Source: a virus. Taken from it: DNA of 64,000 bases. Positions within the stretch are counted from its first letter, which is position 1. Every line of letters begins with the position of its first letter. The position numbers and the translations under genes were made by a program. Shown piece after piece: positions 51,859-62,213 of this stretch. The stretch covers positions 1 to 64,000 of the IMG/VR virus record IMGVR_UViG_3300012928_000001; one strand, written 5' to 3'. The notes under the pieces are model-generated. The model saw only the letters and a program-made list of their open reading frames with translations. It was not told the DNA's origin and made no database searches.

Positions 51859-52749
51859 ATGCGCGCCCGAGTCCGCAAAGACAGGGGCGGCGAGCAGCTG
51901 CCCCCTTGGCCCGCGTTGGTGGCCGCCACGCTCCCGCGCGGGGTCGCCGTCGTCTCGCCCTACGATGAGCCCGACGTTCCCGCGGCGCTGATCAAGGCGA
52001 TGGCGAGCGACGCGGTGATCGTCCTCGACACGCCGAACGGCGAGCTCACCCCGGTGCTCGGCCTGCTCCCGACCCGCAAGGCCGGGAGCTTGGTCGGGTG
52101 CGCCGACTCGGCGGTCAACCGCCGGGCCCTGCTCGGCGCGGGCTTCAACGTCTTCAAGGTCCACGGCGCCGCGTCGCGGTTGTTCGGGGCGACCTACGAT
52201 CTCGCTGCCGCGCCGTGGGTCGACGTGATCAAGGCCGACCCCGTCTCGAAGCCCTTCGCCGGCTTCGAGGACTTCGGTGCGTGCGTCTCGGCTCAGCTCG
52301 CCGCGGGCAAGAGCCAAGAGAGCGCGGAGAGGATCTGCGGCTCCCTGCAAGCCGAGACCAAAAAGGCTTTTGATGATCGTCCCGTTCGCTTGATCAAGAC
52401 GGCAGACGAGGGCGAAGAGCGGTTGGTGTACGGAATCGTGTTGGAGCCCAATGGGGTCGACGCACAAGACGACACCATCTCCCCCGAGGAGATTCGACAG
52501 GCCGCGCACAAGTTCATGCAGTCCTACGGCAACGTGGGGCTACAGCATCAGACATTCATCAACGGGCAGGCCCGGATCCTCGAAAGCTACATCGCTCCCG
52601 CCGACATGGTGATCGGTGGCTACGCGGTCCGCAAAGGGACTTGGCTGATGGCGATGCGCGTCATCAGTGACGACATTTGGAAGGCCGTGAAGAGCGGTCT
52701 AATCACCGGGTTCTCGATTGGTGGGAGCGCCGTGCGAAAGCCGGCTTGA
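51859..52749 (+). CDS. XkdF-like prohead serine protease
   Basis: RLVYGIVLEPNGVDAQDD, AAHKFM, QH, ESYIAP, KGTWL, IWKAVKSGLITGFSIGG. Confidence 0.9.
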   Translation: MRARVRKDRGGEQLPPWPALVAATLPRGVAVVSPYDEPDVPAALIKAMASDAVIVLDTPNGELTPVLGLLPTRKAGSLVGCADSAVNRRALLGAGFNVFKVHGAASRLFGATYDLAAAPWVDVIKADPVSKPFAGFEDFGACVSAQLAAGKSQESAERICGSLQAETKKAFDDRPVRLIKTADEGEERLVYGIVLEPNGVDAQDDTISPEEIRQAAHKFMQSYGNVGLQHQTFINGQARILESYIAPADMVIGGYAVRKGTWLMAMRVISDDIWKAVKSGLITGFSIGGSAVRKPA

Positions 52750-52790
52750 CAACCCACCAATCGCCAGACCAGAATCAGAGCACTCTCCCG

Positions 52791-53960
52791 ATGCCCGAGA
52801 TGCAAACCGGCACCGTCTACCGCCTCCATGACCTCCTCGTGAAAGAGGTGTCCATGGTGGACGTCCCGGCCAACGAACGCCCCTTCTTGATCGTCAAGAG
52901 CGACGACATGACCAACCCCACCGCCACCACGAAGACCGACGAGAACGTCGACGCGGCCATGGGCGCGAAGGCAGCCACCGAGACGGCGCTGCTCACCGCG
53001 ATCCACCCCGAGATCCAGCTCGCTTTTGGCGAGACGCTGGAGAAGGCCGGGCAACGAATCCTCGCGCTCGCGGGCGCGGTGAAGTCGGCCAAGGCCGCGG
53101 ACACCGAGAAGCCGCAGATCCCCGCGAAGCTCATGGAGGAAGTCGTGAACATCACGGCCGCGCTCGGTGGGCTCGTGGGCGTCGACAAGGCCCCCGCGCC
53201 CCCGCAGCCCCCGGGTAAGAAGCCGCCCGGCGCCGGCCAGGGCCAGGCTCGCCCCGAGGGCGAGAGCACCGACGACGAGCTGCCCGAAGGCGGGAGCAAC
53301 GTCGCCGGGGGCAAGGGCAAGGGCAAGCCGCAGTACAAGGCCGAGGAGCTCGACGCCCTCGTCAAGAGCATCGCCACCATGGAGAAGCTCGGCGACATCG
53401 ACATGTCCGCGATGGGCATGCTCTACATGACCGCGGGCAAGGAAGCTCTCCGCACGGCGATGGACGCTTGCTACGATGGCGACTACGCCAAGGCCGGCAA
53501 CTACGCGGGCATGGCCTACAAGCTGCTCGGCAAGTACACCGGCGGCATGTCGATGGACATGACGATGGCGGCCAAGATCGACGCGCTGCACAAGCAGCTC
53601 GGCGAGATGGTCGAGAACGGCGTCAGCAAGGCCGGGCGCAAGATGAGCTCGGCCCGCTTCGCCGAGTTCGACAAGTCGATCCGCGCCCTCCTGGAGCTCG
53701 CCGAGCAGGTCTCGCCCGGCTACCTGGAGTCGCTCGGCACCGTCGCCAAGGCGGCCCAACCCAAGCTCATGCGCGGGCTCGTCGAGCTCGTGCGCAAGCA
53801 AAAGGCCGAGCTCGCGGCGGCCACGGCCGCGCGCACCGAGAGCAACGCCAACCCCGTCGGCGAAGGTTCCGCCGCGCCCGAGGACAAGGACCCGGGCTGG
53901 CAAGTGGACATGGCCGCCGACTACAACGGGGAGGACTTCCCCGCTGACCTCAAGTTCTGA
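52791..53960 (+). CDS. Capsid scaffolding protein
   Basis: N-terminal RLHDLLVKEVSMVDVPAN..FLIVKS, helical low-complexity body; lies between protease and capsid. Confidence 0.7.
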   Translation: MPEMQTGTVYRLHDLLVKEVSMVDVPANERPFLIVKSDDMTNPTATTKTDENVDAAMGAKAATETALLTAIHPEIQLAFGETLEKAGQRILALAGAVKSAKAADTEKPQIPAKLMEEVVNITAALGGLVGVDKAPAPPQPPGKKPPGAGQGQARPEGESTDDELPEGGSNVAGGKGKGKPQYKAEELDALVKSIATMEKLGDIDMSAMGMLYMTAGKEALRTAMDACYDGDYAKAGNYAGMAYKLLGKYTGGMSMDMTMAAKIDALHKQLGEMVENGVSKAGRKMSSARFAEFDKSIRALLELAEQVSPGYLESLGTVAKAAQPKLMRGLVELVRKQKAELAAATAARTESNANPVGEGSAAPEDKDPGWQVDMAADYNGEDFPADLKF

Positions 53961-53984
53961 TCCAGATCGAGACGAGACAAAACC

Positions 53985-54944
53985 ATGCGAGTGACCACCA
54001 ACCGTGAAATTCTGACCAAGGCCAACCTGGAGCTCGCCGACCTCCAGAGCGACGGCGGCCTCCTCGTGCCTGAGCAGGCTCGACGGTTCATGCGGATTCT
54101 GATCTTGCGCTCTGTCGTGATCGGGATGAGCACGGTCGAGCCGATGAAGTCGCCCCGCAAGGAGATCGACAAGATCAACTTCGGGTCCCGCGTGCTCCGG
54201 GCCGCGAGCCCCGGCGTCGCCCTCGGCCACAACGACCGCAGCAAGCCCGACCTGTCCAAGGTCGAGCTCGACTCGAAGCTGTTCAAGGCCGAAGTGCGCC
54301 TGAACAACGAGGTCCTCGAAGACTCGATCGAGCAAGGCAACCTCCGCAACACGGTCATGCAAGAGTTGACCAAGGCCGTCGCGCGCGACATGGAGGACAT
54401 GGTCATCAACGGCGACACCGACAGCTCGGTGCCCTTCTACGCCCAGTTCGACGGCATCCTCAAGCAGGCCACGAGCAACGTCGTCAACGCCAACGGGGCC
54501 AAGCTGTCCAAGTCGATCCTGCGCGACCTGAAGAAGGTCATGCCCAACCAGTTCCTGGTCTCGCCCAGCTCGATGCGCTACTACACGAGCGTCGACGCCG
54601 AGATCGACTTCCGCGACTCGATCGCGGACCGGGCCACCGACCTCGGCGACGTCGGCTTCGGCGGCAAGGTCGGCTCCGCGCCGACGGTCGCCTACACGGG
54701 CATCCCCGTGATGCCCGTGCCGATCTTCCCGGAGAACCTCGGCGCCAACACCAACCAGACCAACGTGCTGTTCCTCGACCCGAAGAACGTGCACATCGGC
54801 ATCCACCGCGAGATCCGCATGGAGACCGACAAGGACATCTCCGCGGGTCAGGTGATCATCGTGGTCACCCTCCGCTTCGACACCCGCTACGCGCACGAGC
54901 CCGCGGTCGCCAAGGCCACCAACGTCCTGACCGGCGTCGGCTGA
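53985..54944 (+). CDS. Major capsid protein (HK97 fold, XkdG-like)
   Basis: GGLLVPEQARRF, EVLEDSIE, ARDMEDMVINGD, DGILKQA, GIPVMPVP, LDPKN motifs. Confidence 0.92.
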   Translation: MRVTTNREILTKANLELADLQSDGGLLVPEQARRFMRILILRSVVIGMSTVEPMKSPRKEIDKINFGSRVLRAASPGVALGHNDRSKPDLSKVELDSKLFKAEVRLNNEVLEDSIEQGNLRNTVMQELTKAVARDMEDMVINGDTDSSVPFYAQFDGILKQATSNVVNANGAKLSKSILRDLKKVMPNQFLVSPSSMRYYTSVDAEIDFRDSIADRATDLGDVGFGGKVGSAPTVAYTGIPVMPVPIFPENLGANTNQTNVLFLDPKNVHIGIHREIRMETDKDISAGQVIIVVTLRFDTRYAHEPAVAKATNVLTGVG

Positions 54945-55001
54945 TCCTCGCCTCGCTACGCCAACCCCTACCCGGTTCAACACCAACAGGAAGGACAGAT
55001 C

Positions 55002-55572
55002 ATGCCCCTTGGAACTGCCACCCTCGGCTCTCGCTCCGGCGAGTCGGCGAGCCAGCCGACCTTCACCGAGATCCTCACCTTCGCGGGCGACGACGCCTAC
55101 CCGGCCGGCGGCACCACCGGCTTCGCGGCCTACGTCGCGGCGGCGCGCTCGATCGAGAACTTCGAGGTACTCTCGGTCGTCACCCTCAACGCCCCCGCCA
55201 ACCCCAACTACATGGAGTACGACAAGGCCAACGAAAAGCTGGTCGTGTACGTCCGCGCGACGGGGCTCCAGCGGGCCGCGGGCGACGACTCGGCCAACTC
55301 CTACACCGTCGCGGTCACGGGGCGCTGAGACCATGGCCACCATCACCTCGAACATGTTCTCGGGTGGGGCCAACATCACCCCGAACGACTCCGCCGGTGT
55401 GCCGTCGCTCGCCACGGTCCTGCAAGACGTGGCCGACGACCTGACCGCGATCCGCACCGCGCTCACCGGTGCCGCGGCCAAGCTCGACGCGGACACGGGA
55501 GTCACCGACACCGACTACGCGGCGAACCTCAACACCGCGCTTGGCACCCAGAAGACGATCAACGGCGGCTAG
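55002..55572 (+). CDS. Two small head-associated proteins (55002-55328, 55333-55572)
   Basis: Follow the capsid gene; AYPAGG motif typical of decoration-type proteins. Confidence 0.55.
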
Positions 55573-55651
55573 CCGCTGACAACGACCGACCGTGCATTCG
55601 CACGGTCGGATTTTTGTGGACCCTGACAAAACCCAAACCAGGAGATCATCG

Positions 55652-56188
55652 ATGCCCTACTACGTTCGCCTCAAGCCCTACGACAAGTCGAAGGGATTCA
55701 CCTGTCGCCGCTACATCACGCACGGCGTCCTCTTCGAGGGCGGCAAGTGGATGAAGCTCGCCAAGGATGCCGCGAGGGAACTCGCCAAGCACACGCAGCC
55801 GGGCTCGCGCCCGCACGTGCCGATCCCTCTCTTCGACATCGCGCCGAACCGCAAGGCCGCGCTCGCCATGGACCGCAAGGCGATCCCGCAGACCGAGGTG
55901 GACGGCGCCGTCGCGGTGACCGAGATGCGAGCCCTCCCCGTCGACAACCTCGCCGCCGACGACGGCGAGCTCGACTTCGACCGGGCGCTCGCCGTCGAGA
56001 AAGCCCGCATGGCCCTCGAACAGGCCGAGGCCGTGGCCGCCGAGGGGGCCCAGGCCGACGCCCAGGCCCTCGCGCAGCTGGAGACCCAGGACCTGCCGAC
56101 CGTCGCCGCCGCGGCCGAGACCGCGGCGCCCGAGGACGAGTCCAAGGCCGACGCGGACGCGCGCGCCCGCATGCGCCCGCGCAAGTAG
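55652..56188 (+). CDS. Hypothetical head-module protein
   Basis: AGGAG upstream; followed by hairpin/T-tract terminator at about 56258-56297. Confidence 0.6.
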   Translation: MPYYVRLKPYDKSKGFTCRRYITHGVLFEGGKWMKLAKDAARELAKHTQPGSRPHVPIPLFDIAPNRKAALAMDRKAIPQTEVDGAVAVTEMRALPVDNLAADDGELDFDRALAVEKARMALEQAEAVAAEGAQADAQALAQLETQDLPTVAAAAETAAPEDESKADADARARMRPRK

Positions 56189-56338
56189 TTGCGGCACACC
56201 GTCGCGCCGGGCACCATGGGATCGGCGCTCATGGACTCGGCGCCTCGCCAGCGTCACCGCTGCCCCCTTCGCACTCGCGTTGGGGGCAGCACTTTTTGCC
56301 CGAGGGACGCGCGCCCTCGCGTGGGGTAGACTGAGCCC

Positions 56339-57475
56339 GTGGCCGCGTTGAAGCCTGGACAGAGCAGCTCGAAGACCGACCCCGCGCCCGCGGGCCTGTT
56401 CGGCTATCAGGAGCGCGACGTCGACGAGGGAGGCTTTTTCCGAGACCTCGCAGAGCTGGAGTACCGGCTGGTCGACAGCAACGGAGCAGAGGCGCAGGCG
56501 TGGACCGTGGTCATCGTCGACCGCGACGCGGCGAACACCGACGCGGTGCTCGACGTCAAGCAAGGCCTGTACGCGCCGACCATCACGATCCCCGACCCGG
56601 CCGCGGTGGGGGAGTGGCGGATCGAGTGGCGCTTTCGCGTCGAGACCGGCGACCCGCAAAAGACGAGCTTCACCCCGCTGTATGTCGTGGCCGCGGACCA
56701 CCCGATCGCGGACGGCTACGTGCAGGTGCAAGAGATGCTCGACGAGGGCGTGCCCGTGGCCATGTTCACGTTCACCCGGATCGCTCGCGCGATCAAGACG
56801 GCGAGCGAGCTCTTCGAGACTTGGACCGGCCGCCACTTCGAGCCCCGCTTGATCACCGTGGACGTCGATGGCGAGGGCAGCCCGATCAAGCAAATGGGAA
56901 TGCCCATCATCGGGCTCGCCAATGTTGAGTTCACGTTCACCACGTTCTCGCCCGCCGACCTGCCGATCGAAGAGGGCGATTTGCGGGTGTACAATCGGCA
57001 CATCCGAAACGCGATGACCCAGCCCGACGACCGCGATGATCCGCGGATCGAGTTCCTGCGCATCGAGAACTTTCGCTACCCCCGTGAAACCCTGCTCGGC
57101 GACACCGACTTGCTGAGCTCGACTATCGGCTTTCCCCTAAGCCAGCAGAACATCAAGATCTCGGGCATGTTCGGATTCACCGACCCCGACGGCTCCGCGT
57201 TCGGGCGCACGCCCTCGCTCGTGAAAGAGGCCGTGATGCGAATCGCCATGGGCAAGCTACAGCCCCTGTGGGTGACCACCGGCGGCGGGGCAAACATCGG
57301 AGTCACCGGCCCGGTTGCGAGCGAGCGCACCATTGATCAACACGTCACCTATGGTGACCTCGCGGACAAGGGAACGACGGGTGCATTCACCGGCTATTTC
57401 ACGGGTGATCCTGCCATCGATCAGATCATCTCCACTTTCCGCCGCCCCCCGCGGCTGCGCTCGACGAGTCCCTGA
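56339..57475 (+). CDS. Head-tail connector/adaptor with N-terminal extension
   Basis: YVQVQE...IKTASELFETWTGRHF, FG, TPSLVKEAV, TGDPAIDQIISTFR patterns; gene order. Confidence 0.7.
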   Translation: MAALKPGQSSSKTDPAPAGLFGYQERDVDEGGFFRDLAELEYRLVDSNGAEAQAWTVVIVDRDAANTDAVLDVKQGLYAPTITIPDPAAVGEWRIEWRFRVETGDPQKTSFTPLYVVAADHPIADGYVQVQEMLDEGVPVAMFTFTRIARAIKTASELFETWTGRHFEPRLITVDVDGEGSPIKQMGMPIIGLANVEFTFTTFSPADLPIEEGDLRVYNRHIRNAMTQPDDRDDPRIEFLRIENFRYPRETLLGDTDLLSSTIGFPLSQQNIKISGMFGFTDPDGSAFGRTPSLVKEAVMRIAMGKLQPLWVTTGGGANIGVTGPVASERTIDQHVTYGDLADKGTTGAFTGYFTGDPAIDQIISTFRRPPRLRSTSP

Positions 57476-57993
57476 TGCCCAACTATCGCGGACGCCTGAT
57501 CTGGCCTTTCGTGGCCGACATCGCACGCCTCGACACGGCCGGCACCGTCGCGGAGCCTGGGGCGGGCAACGTCGTGACCGGCTATGACCCCGACTTCCGC
57601 GAGCCGGTGGTGTACGCGGCCGGAGACAGCCCACGCGCCGAGATCGAGGTGCTCGGCTTGCCCTGCCAAGTGCACCCAGACAAGGGCGATTTCAACAACC
57701 TGCAAATGATGCTGTCCGGCGCCGTCAAAGCGTACAGCCTGCATTTGTGCTTTCACTACATCGACCTCGAAGCCCGCAATCTCGTCGACACGGACGGATC
57801 AGCGCTGATCAAGAACAACGATCGCCTGATTCGGATTCGGCACTTGATTACCGGTCAAATCGTGTCTGACTTCACCAACCGCCCGGTCTACGTGACCCAG
57901 CCGCAGGATCGCGGAATGGGCATGTCGGCGCTCAGTCGGAACCTGCTCATGGTGCGATTCGAAGAGCGCGAGACCAGCATTTTGTCTGTCTAA
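57475..57993 (+). CDS. Putative head closure protein
   Basis: Synteny in the neck module; GYDPDFREP motif. Confidence 0.5.
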   Translation: MPNYRGRLIWPFVADIARLDTAGTVAEPGAGNVVTGYDPDFREPVVYAAGDSPRAEIEVLGLPCQVHPDKGDFNNLQMMLSGAVKAYSLHLCFHYIDLEARNLVDTDGSALIKNNDRLIRIRHLITGQIVSDFTNRPVYVTQPQDRGMGMSALSRNLLMVRFEERETSILSV

Positions 57994-58604
57994 TGGTCGC
58001 CACCGTCAAACGCACTGGGGATTGGAAGCTGCTCAAGCGCACGCTGAGCGGGCTACCCACGCGCGTGAAGGCGGCACAGAAAATCGCCACCTTCGAGGAA
58101 GCGCATCACTATCGCCGGATGGTGCTCAAGGCGTTCAAAACCTCGGGCCGATCCAACGGCAAAGCGTGGGAGCCAAACAAGCGATCTGTGCTCGCAAACA
58201 AGGGGTCAAGCAAGCCACTGATCGACCGCGGCGACCTGCGAAACTCGATCGTGGTCGTGAAGCGCGGTAAAGGCTTTTGGGTGGGCGTGTCGAGCCGCAA
58301 GCGCAGCCGCGACGGCTCCCGGCTTGTCGACATCGCAGCGGTGCACGAGTTCGGCCGAGTCATCGCTATGCAGGTCACCCCGAAAATGCACGCTTACGTG
58401 ATGGCGCAGCTCGCCAAAAACGGGGGAGGTGGTGGCGGTGGCTCGGGCAAATTCAAGCCCGGTGCGATCATCGTGATCAAGATCCCTGAGCGGTCATTCC
58501 TCCGCGCTACCGCGAAAGCCCACTTCAAACCGGCGCAAGTTCAGGTTCGGATGGTCAAGCGTATGTCTCGGCTACTCGGGGGCGCATTCAGGGGGCCCCG
58601 CTAA
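57993..58604 (+). CDS. Virion morphogenesis/neck protein (HK97 gp10/Mu gpG-like)
   Basis: KPLIDRGDLRNSI, AAVHEFG, IPERSFLR. Confidence 0.8.
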   Translation: MVATVKRTGDWKLLKRTLSGLPTRVKAAQKIATFEEAHHYRRMVLKAFKTSGRSNGKAWEPNKRSVLANKGSSKPLIDRGDLRNSIVVVKRGKGFWVGVSSRKRSRDGSRLVDIAAVHEFGRVIAMQVTPKMHAYVMAQLAKNGGGGGGGSGKFKPGAIIVIKIPERSFLRATAKAHFKPAQVQVRMVKRMSRLLGGAFRGPR

Positions 58605-59581
58605 TGGCTGTCCCGACTATCGACACCATCGCGCCCACCGAGGGCGCGCCCACGGGCGGGCAGGTGATCGAGATCAACGGCACCAACTTTCAGATGCCGC
58701 CCGCGCCTCCGGCTGAGGGCGTTGTTCCGATCCCCGCCCCGACGGTCCGGGTCACCTTCGCTGGAGTCGCGGCACCCGTCGTGGCTGTCGTGAGCGAGAC
58801 GCGGTTGTTTGTCCGCGTGCCTCGAATCTCCATGCCCGTGGTCAGCGGTCTGACTCAGGGCAGCTTGGCCGCTGACGTCGTGGTCGAGAACATCGACACC
58901 GACGGCGTGCTGATTCCCGGCGAGACCGTGACGCTCGCGGGCGGGTACACCTACCAACGGCCGCGCCTCGGGACCGCGGCCGAGTCGTCGCTTGCGTCGG
59001 TGGTCCGGCAGCTGTTGCGCCGCCTCAAGTCGGAGGTGATCGGCGAGGTCATCCTCTCGATGCACACCGATTACGACCGCGACACTGGCACGATTGCAAC
59101 CGACGTTGCGGTCGTTCCCGCGATGGTCCTCGTCGGCCCAACGCTGACCAAAAACACGATCTTCACTGAGAACGCGCCGACCACTAACATTTTCGGGAAT
59201 GACGAATTCGGGGAGCGTCGACGCGCGATTTATTTCGACGTTGGATTCGACGTCATCTTGATCACGCAAAGCGATGTCCAGCTTTTGAACTTGATGGAGC
59301 TGACGACTACGGTCATTGATCGAAGCTCTGCGTTTCAGTTCTCCAGCCCGGCATTGCCAGCAGGATTCCAGCTCAACTTGGAGTGGACCGACGGGCTCGC
59401 GGTCTCAAAGCAGACGAATCAGCTGAATTCCAATGTGCGCGTGGCCGAGGGAACGTTTACAATCATCGGGCTCCCGTTCAACACCCTGATTGGCAGCACC
59501 CGCGACGCGATTCAGGAAGTCGGCGCCGCGCTTGCTGGCTCGCCCAGCTTGCAAACCCCCCAGAACTTCGGCGACACTTAG
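58604..59581 (+). CDS. IPT/TIG-domain protein, probable tail terminator
   Basis: PTIDTIAPTEGAPTGGQVIEINGTNF is an IPT/TIG start; located before sheath. Confidence 0.7.
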   Translation: MAVPTIDTIAPTEGAPTGGQVIEINGTNFQMPPAPPAEGVVPIPAPTVRVTFAGVAAPVVAVVSETRLFVRVPRISMPVVSGLTQGSLAADVVVENIDTDGVLIPGETVTLAGGYTYQRPRLGTAAESSLASVVRQLLRRLKSEVIGEVILSMHTDYDRDTGTIATDVAVVPAMVLVGPTLTKNTIFTENAPTTNIFGNDEFGERRRAIYFDVGFDVILITQSDVQLLNLMELTTTVIDRSSAFQFSSPALPAGFQLNLEWTDGLAVSKQTNQLNSNVRVAEGTFTIIGLPFNTLIGSTRDAIQEVGAALAGSPSLQTPQNFGDT

Positions 59582-59596
59582 GTCGCCGGTCGAGTC

Positions 59597-59944
59597 ATGC
59601 CCAAGTTGTACACGCTCAAGTCCCGGGCGAAGCGCATCCTCACGGTGCAGCTCCCCGCCAGCCTCGCGTCGCCGCGCTTCCCCGCGCAGACCCAGACCGT
59701 CTACCGCACGCGCCGGGTCCCGAAGTCGGACGAGCGCGTCGTGCGTGGCGAGGCGCACCGCTTCCCGCCCACGATGACCATCCTCCCCGGCGAGGCCCTC
59801 GACAACCTGCCCCAGACCATCGCCGAGCTCCCGGCGGTGCGAGCCCTCGCCCTGGGCCGCGAGCTCGTCATCATCGAGCAGACGCCCGCCCCCGCGCCCA
59901 CCCGCGCCCCCTCGACTCGCCGCGTCCGTCGGCGCAAGGACTGA
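59597..59944 (+). CDS. Hypothetical pre-sheath protein
   Basis: Basic 115-aa ORF between tail terminator and sheath. Confidence 0.55.
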   Translation: MPKLYTLKSRAKRILTVQLPASLASPRFPAQTQTVYRTRRVPKSDERVVRGEAHRFPPTMTILPGEALDNLPQTIAELPAVRALALGRELVIIEQTPAPAPTRAPSTRRVRRRKD

Positions 59945-59947
59945 CCC

Positions 59948-62200
59948 ATGCCCGAGCTGCTTTCGTCCAAGATCATCATCCGCGAAGAGCCCCCGCAGAT
60001 CCGCAGCATCACCGCGCTGCCCACCGCCGTCCTCGGCATGATCGGCATCACCCAACGGGGCCCCGTGGGCCAGCCGGTGCTCGTGCTGTCCTTCGAGGAA
60101 TGGCGCAACACCTTCGGCGGCTACACCCTCACGAGCCGCGACACGATCGCCGCGGTCGAGGGCTTTTTCGAAGAGGGCGGCCAGTTCCTCTGGTTCACCC
60201 GGACGGTGCACTACACCGACGTCACCGACAACACCACGAGCACGTCGACGCGTGGCTCGGTCGACCTGAGCACGCTGCTACTCGCGGCCCAGGGCGCCCA
60301 GGCCCTGAGCACCCTCGCCGGCCCCTTCTCGCTCCCCGACGGCGCCACCATCACCACGAGCGAGGACGGCAACGCCGCGGTCACCACGACGATCAACGGC
60401 GGCCCCGCGCAGGTCACCGCCGTGGCCGCGGGCAACGTCGCGCTCGCCGACGGACAGACGCTCACCCTGCGCGTGAACAACGGGCCCGAGCAGACGCTCA
60501 CCCTGCAAGCCGCGAGCTTCGCCAACATCGCCGCCGCGACCCCGGCCGAGGTGGCTACGGTGATCTCCGCCTTCACGGGGGCCACGGGCGACGTCGATGG
60601 GACTTCGCCGCGCCTGTCCACCGACGGGGCCGGCAACGGATTCTCGATCCAGGTCACCGGCGGCACCGCCAACGCCGTACTGCAATTCCCGACCACCGTC
60701 CAGAACGGCACGGGCAACGTCGGCAACCTCGCCGCCATCTCGAACGCCGAGCTCATCTCGCTGGTCGAGGCCGCGACCACGGGCCTCTCGGGCTCGGAGA
60801 TCAACAGCCGACTCGCCATCACCACCGACGCCACCGGGGCCGCCAAGACCCTGACCATCGGCGGCACTGCGGCGGCCACCCTCGGGCTCCCGACCGCCGA
60901 GCAGACCGGCGCCGACGCGGTGGCGGCTACGCCAACCCTGCGCGTCCAGGGACGCTGGGATGGGGCCTACACCGACGACCTCACGGTGAGCATCACCGCC
61001 GCGAGCTCGGGCGAGGCCGACCGCTTCAACCTCGTCATCCGCGAGAGCGGGGTCATCCGCGAGACCTGGGCCAACCTGTCCATGCTCGACACGGACCCCA
61101 ACTACGTCGAGACGGTGATCAACGCGGAGATCCCCGCGGGCTCGGTCTACATCACCGTGACCGACCTCGACGCGGGCCTGGGCTCGCCCACCAACGACCG
61201 CCCCGCGACGCTCGCCAACACGGCGATCCCCGGCGGCGGCGACGGGCTCGTGGGCATCGCGGACACCGACTTCATCGGCGATGTCGACGAAAAGACCGGT
61301 CTCTACGCCCTCGACGCGGACAACTCCCAGCCGATCACGCTGCTCGCCTCGCCGGCTCGCATCACTGCGGTCGTGCACAACGCGATGTTGACCTACGCGG
61401 AGATCCACCGGAACGGCTCGATGCTCGCGCTCATCGACGCGCCCGCGGGGAGCACCGCCCAGGGCATCGTCGACTACGTGCGCGAGCAAGCGCTACTCGA
61501 AGGCGCGAGCGAGTTCGGGGCGCTCTACTGGCCCCACGTCCGCGTGATCAACCCGAACACCACGCTGTTTGGGGATCAGGACTACATCACCATCCCCCCG
61601 TGTGGGCACGTGGCGGGCGCCATGGCGCGCACCGACGCGAGTCAGCCGGGCGGCGTATACCTGACTCCCGCGGGGCAGGAGAACGGCCGGCTGCGGTCGA
61701 TCGTGGGCTTCGAGATCCTGCCCGGTCGGCAGATCCCCGAGAGCTTCGACGAGACCAAACGCGATCTCGTCGTGCCCGCGCGCGTCAACCCGCTCGACGC
61801 GAACGGAGGACTCCGCATCATCGACGGCGCGCGCACGCTCCGGGCCGACGGGTCCTTCCCCTTCGTGGGTGAACGCCGCGGCGTGATCTTCATCGAGCAG
61901 AGCGTCAAGGCGGGGATCGAGTTCGCTCGCTTCGCCAATCACGACGCCCGCTTGCGGGCCGAGGTGGCGCGCGTGATCGACAAGTTCCTCGCGGACCAGA
62001 TGAGCGTCGGAGCCTTCCGCACGCGCAACCCCGAGACCGCCTACTTCGTCGACGTCGGCGAAGGCCTCAACCCGCCCAGCGTCGTCTTCAACGGCGAGCT
62101 TCGGGCGCGCATCGGGCTCGCCACGCAAAAGCCGGCCGAGTTCATCACCCTGACCTTCACCCAAGACACGCGCGCGCTCACCCAAGAGCTCTCGCAGTAA
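59948..62200 (+). CDS. Contractile tail sheath protein
   Basis: GITQRGPVGQPVLV.SFEEW..TFGG, FFEEGG, ALYWPHV, PPCGHVAG, VNPL, GARTL, KPAEFI; large Ala/Thr-rich insertion. Confidence 0.95.
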   Translation: MPELLSSKIIIREEPPQIRSITALPTAVLGMIGITQRGPVGQPVLVLSFEEWRNTFGGYTLTSRDTIAAVEGFFEEGGQFLWFTRTVHYTDVTDNTTSTSTRGSVDLSTLLLAAQGAQALSTLAGPFSLPDGATITTSEDGNAAVTTTINGGPAQVTAVAAGNVALADGQTLTLRVNNGPEQTLTLQAASFANIAAATPAEVATVISAFTGATGDVDGTSPRLSTDGAGNGFSIQVTGGTANAVLQFPTTVQNGTGNVGNLAAISNAELISLVEAATTGLSGSEINSRLAITTDATGAAKTLTIGGTAAATLGLPTAEQTGADAVAATPTLRVQGRWDGAYTDDLTVSITAASSGEADRFNLVIRESGVIRETWANLSMLDTDPNYVETVINAEIPAGSVYITVTDLDAGLGSPTNDRPATLANTAIPGGGDGLVGIADTDFIGDVDEKTGLYALDADNSQPITLLASPARITAVVHNAMLTYAEIHRNGSMLALIDAPAGSTAQGIVDYVREQALLEGASEFGALYWPHVRVINPNTTLFGDQDYITIPPCGHVAGAMARTDASQPGGVYLTPAGQENGRLRSIVGFEILPGRQIPESFDETKRDLVVPARVNPLDANGGLRIIDGARTLRADGSFPFVGERRGVIFIEQSVKAGIEFARFANHDARLRAEVARVIDKFLADQMSVGAFRTRNPETAYFVDVGEGLNPPSVVFNGELRARIGLATQKPAEFITLTFTQDTRALTQELSQ

Positions 62201-62213
62201 TCGGAGCTGATCA

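Noticed and set aside
52620-55511. 963-aa minus-strand ORF (also 35897..37801, 55646..57001 and similar)
   Set aside because: Antisense shadows of high-GC3 plus-strand genes with clear motifs; no recognisable domains.
56189-56335. Additional ribozyme or sRNA in this hairpin-rich gap
   Set aside because: Hairpins and a terminator are visible, but there is no catalytic core or promoter motif that I can support.
59383-61872. 829-aa plus-strand Arg/His-rich ORF
   Set aside because: Alternative frame of the tail sheath gene; composition typical of an off-frame GC-rich read.
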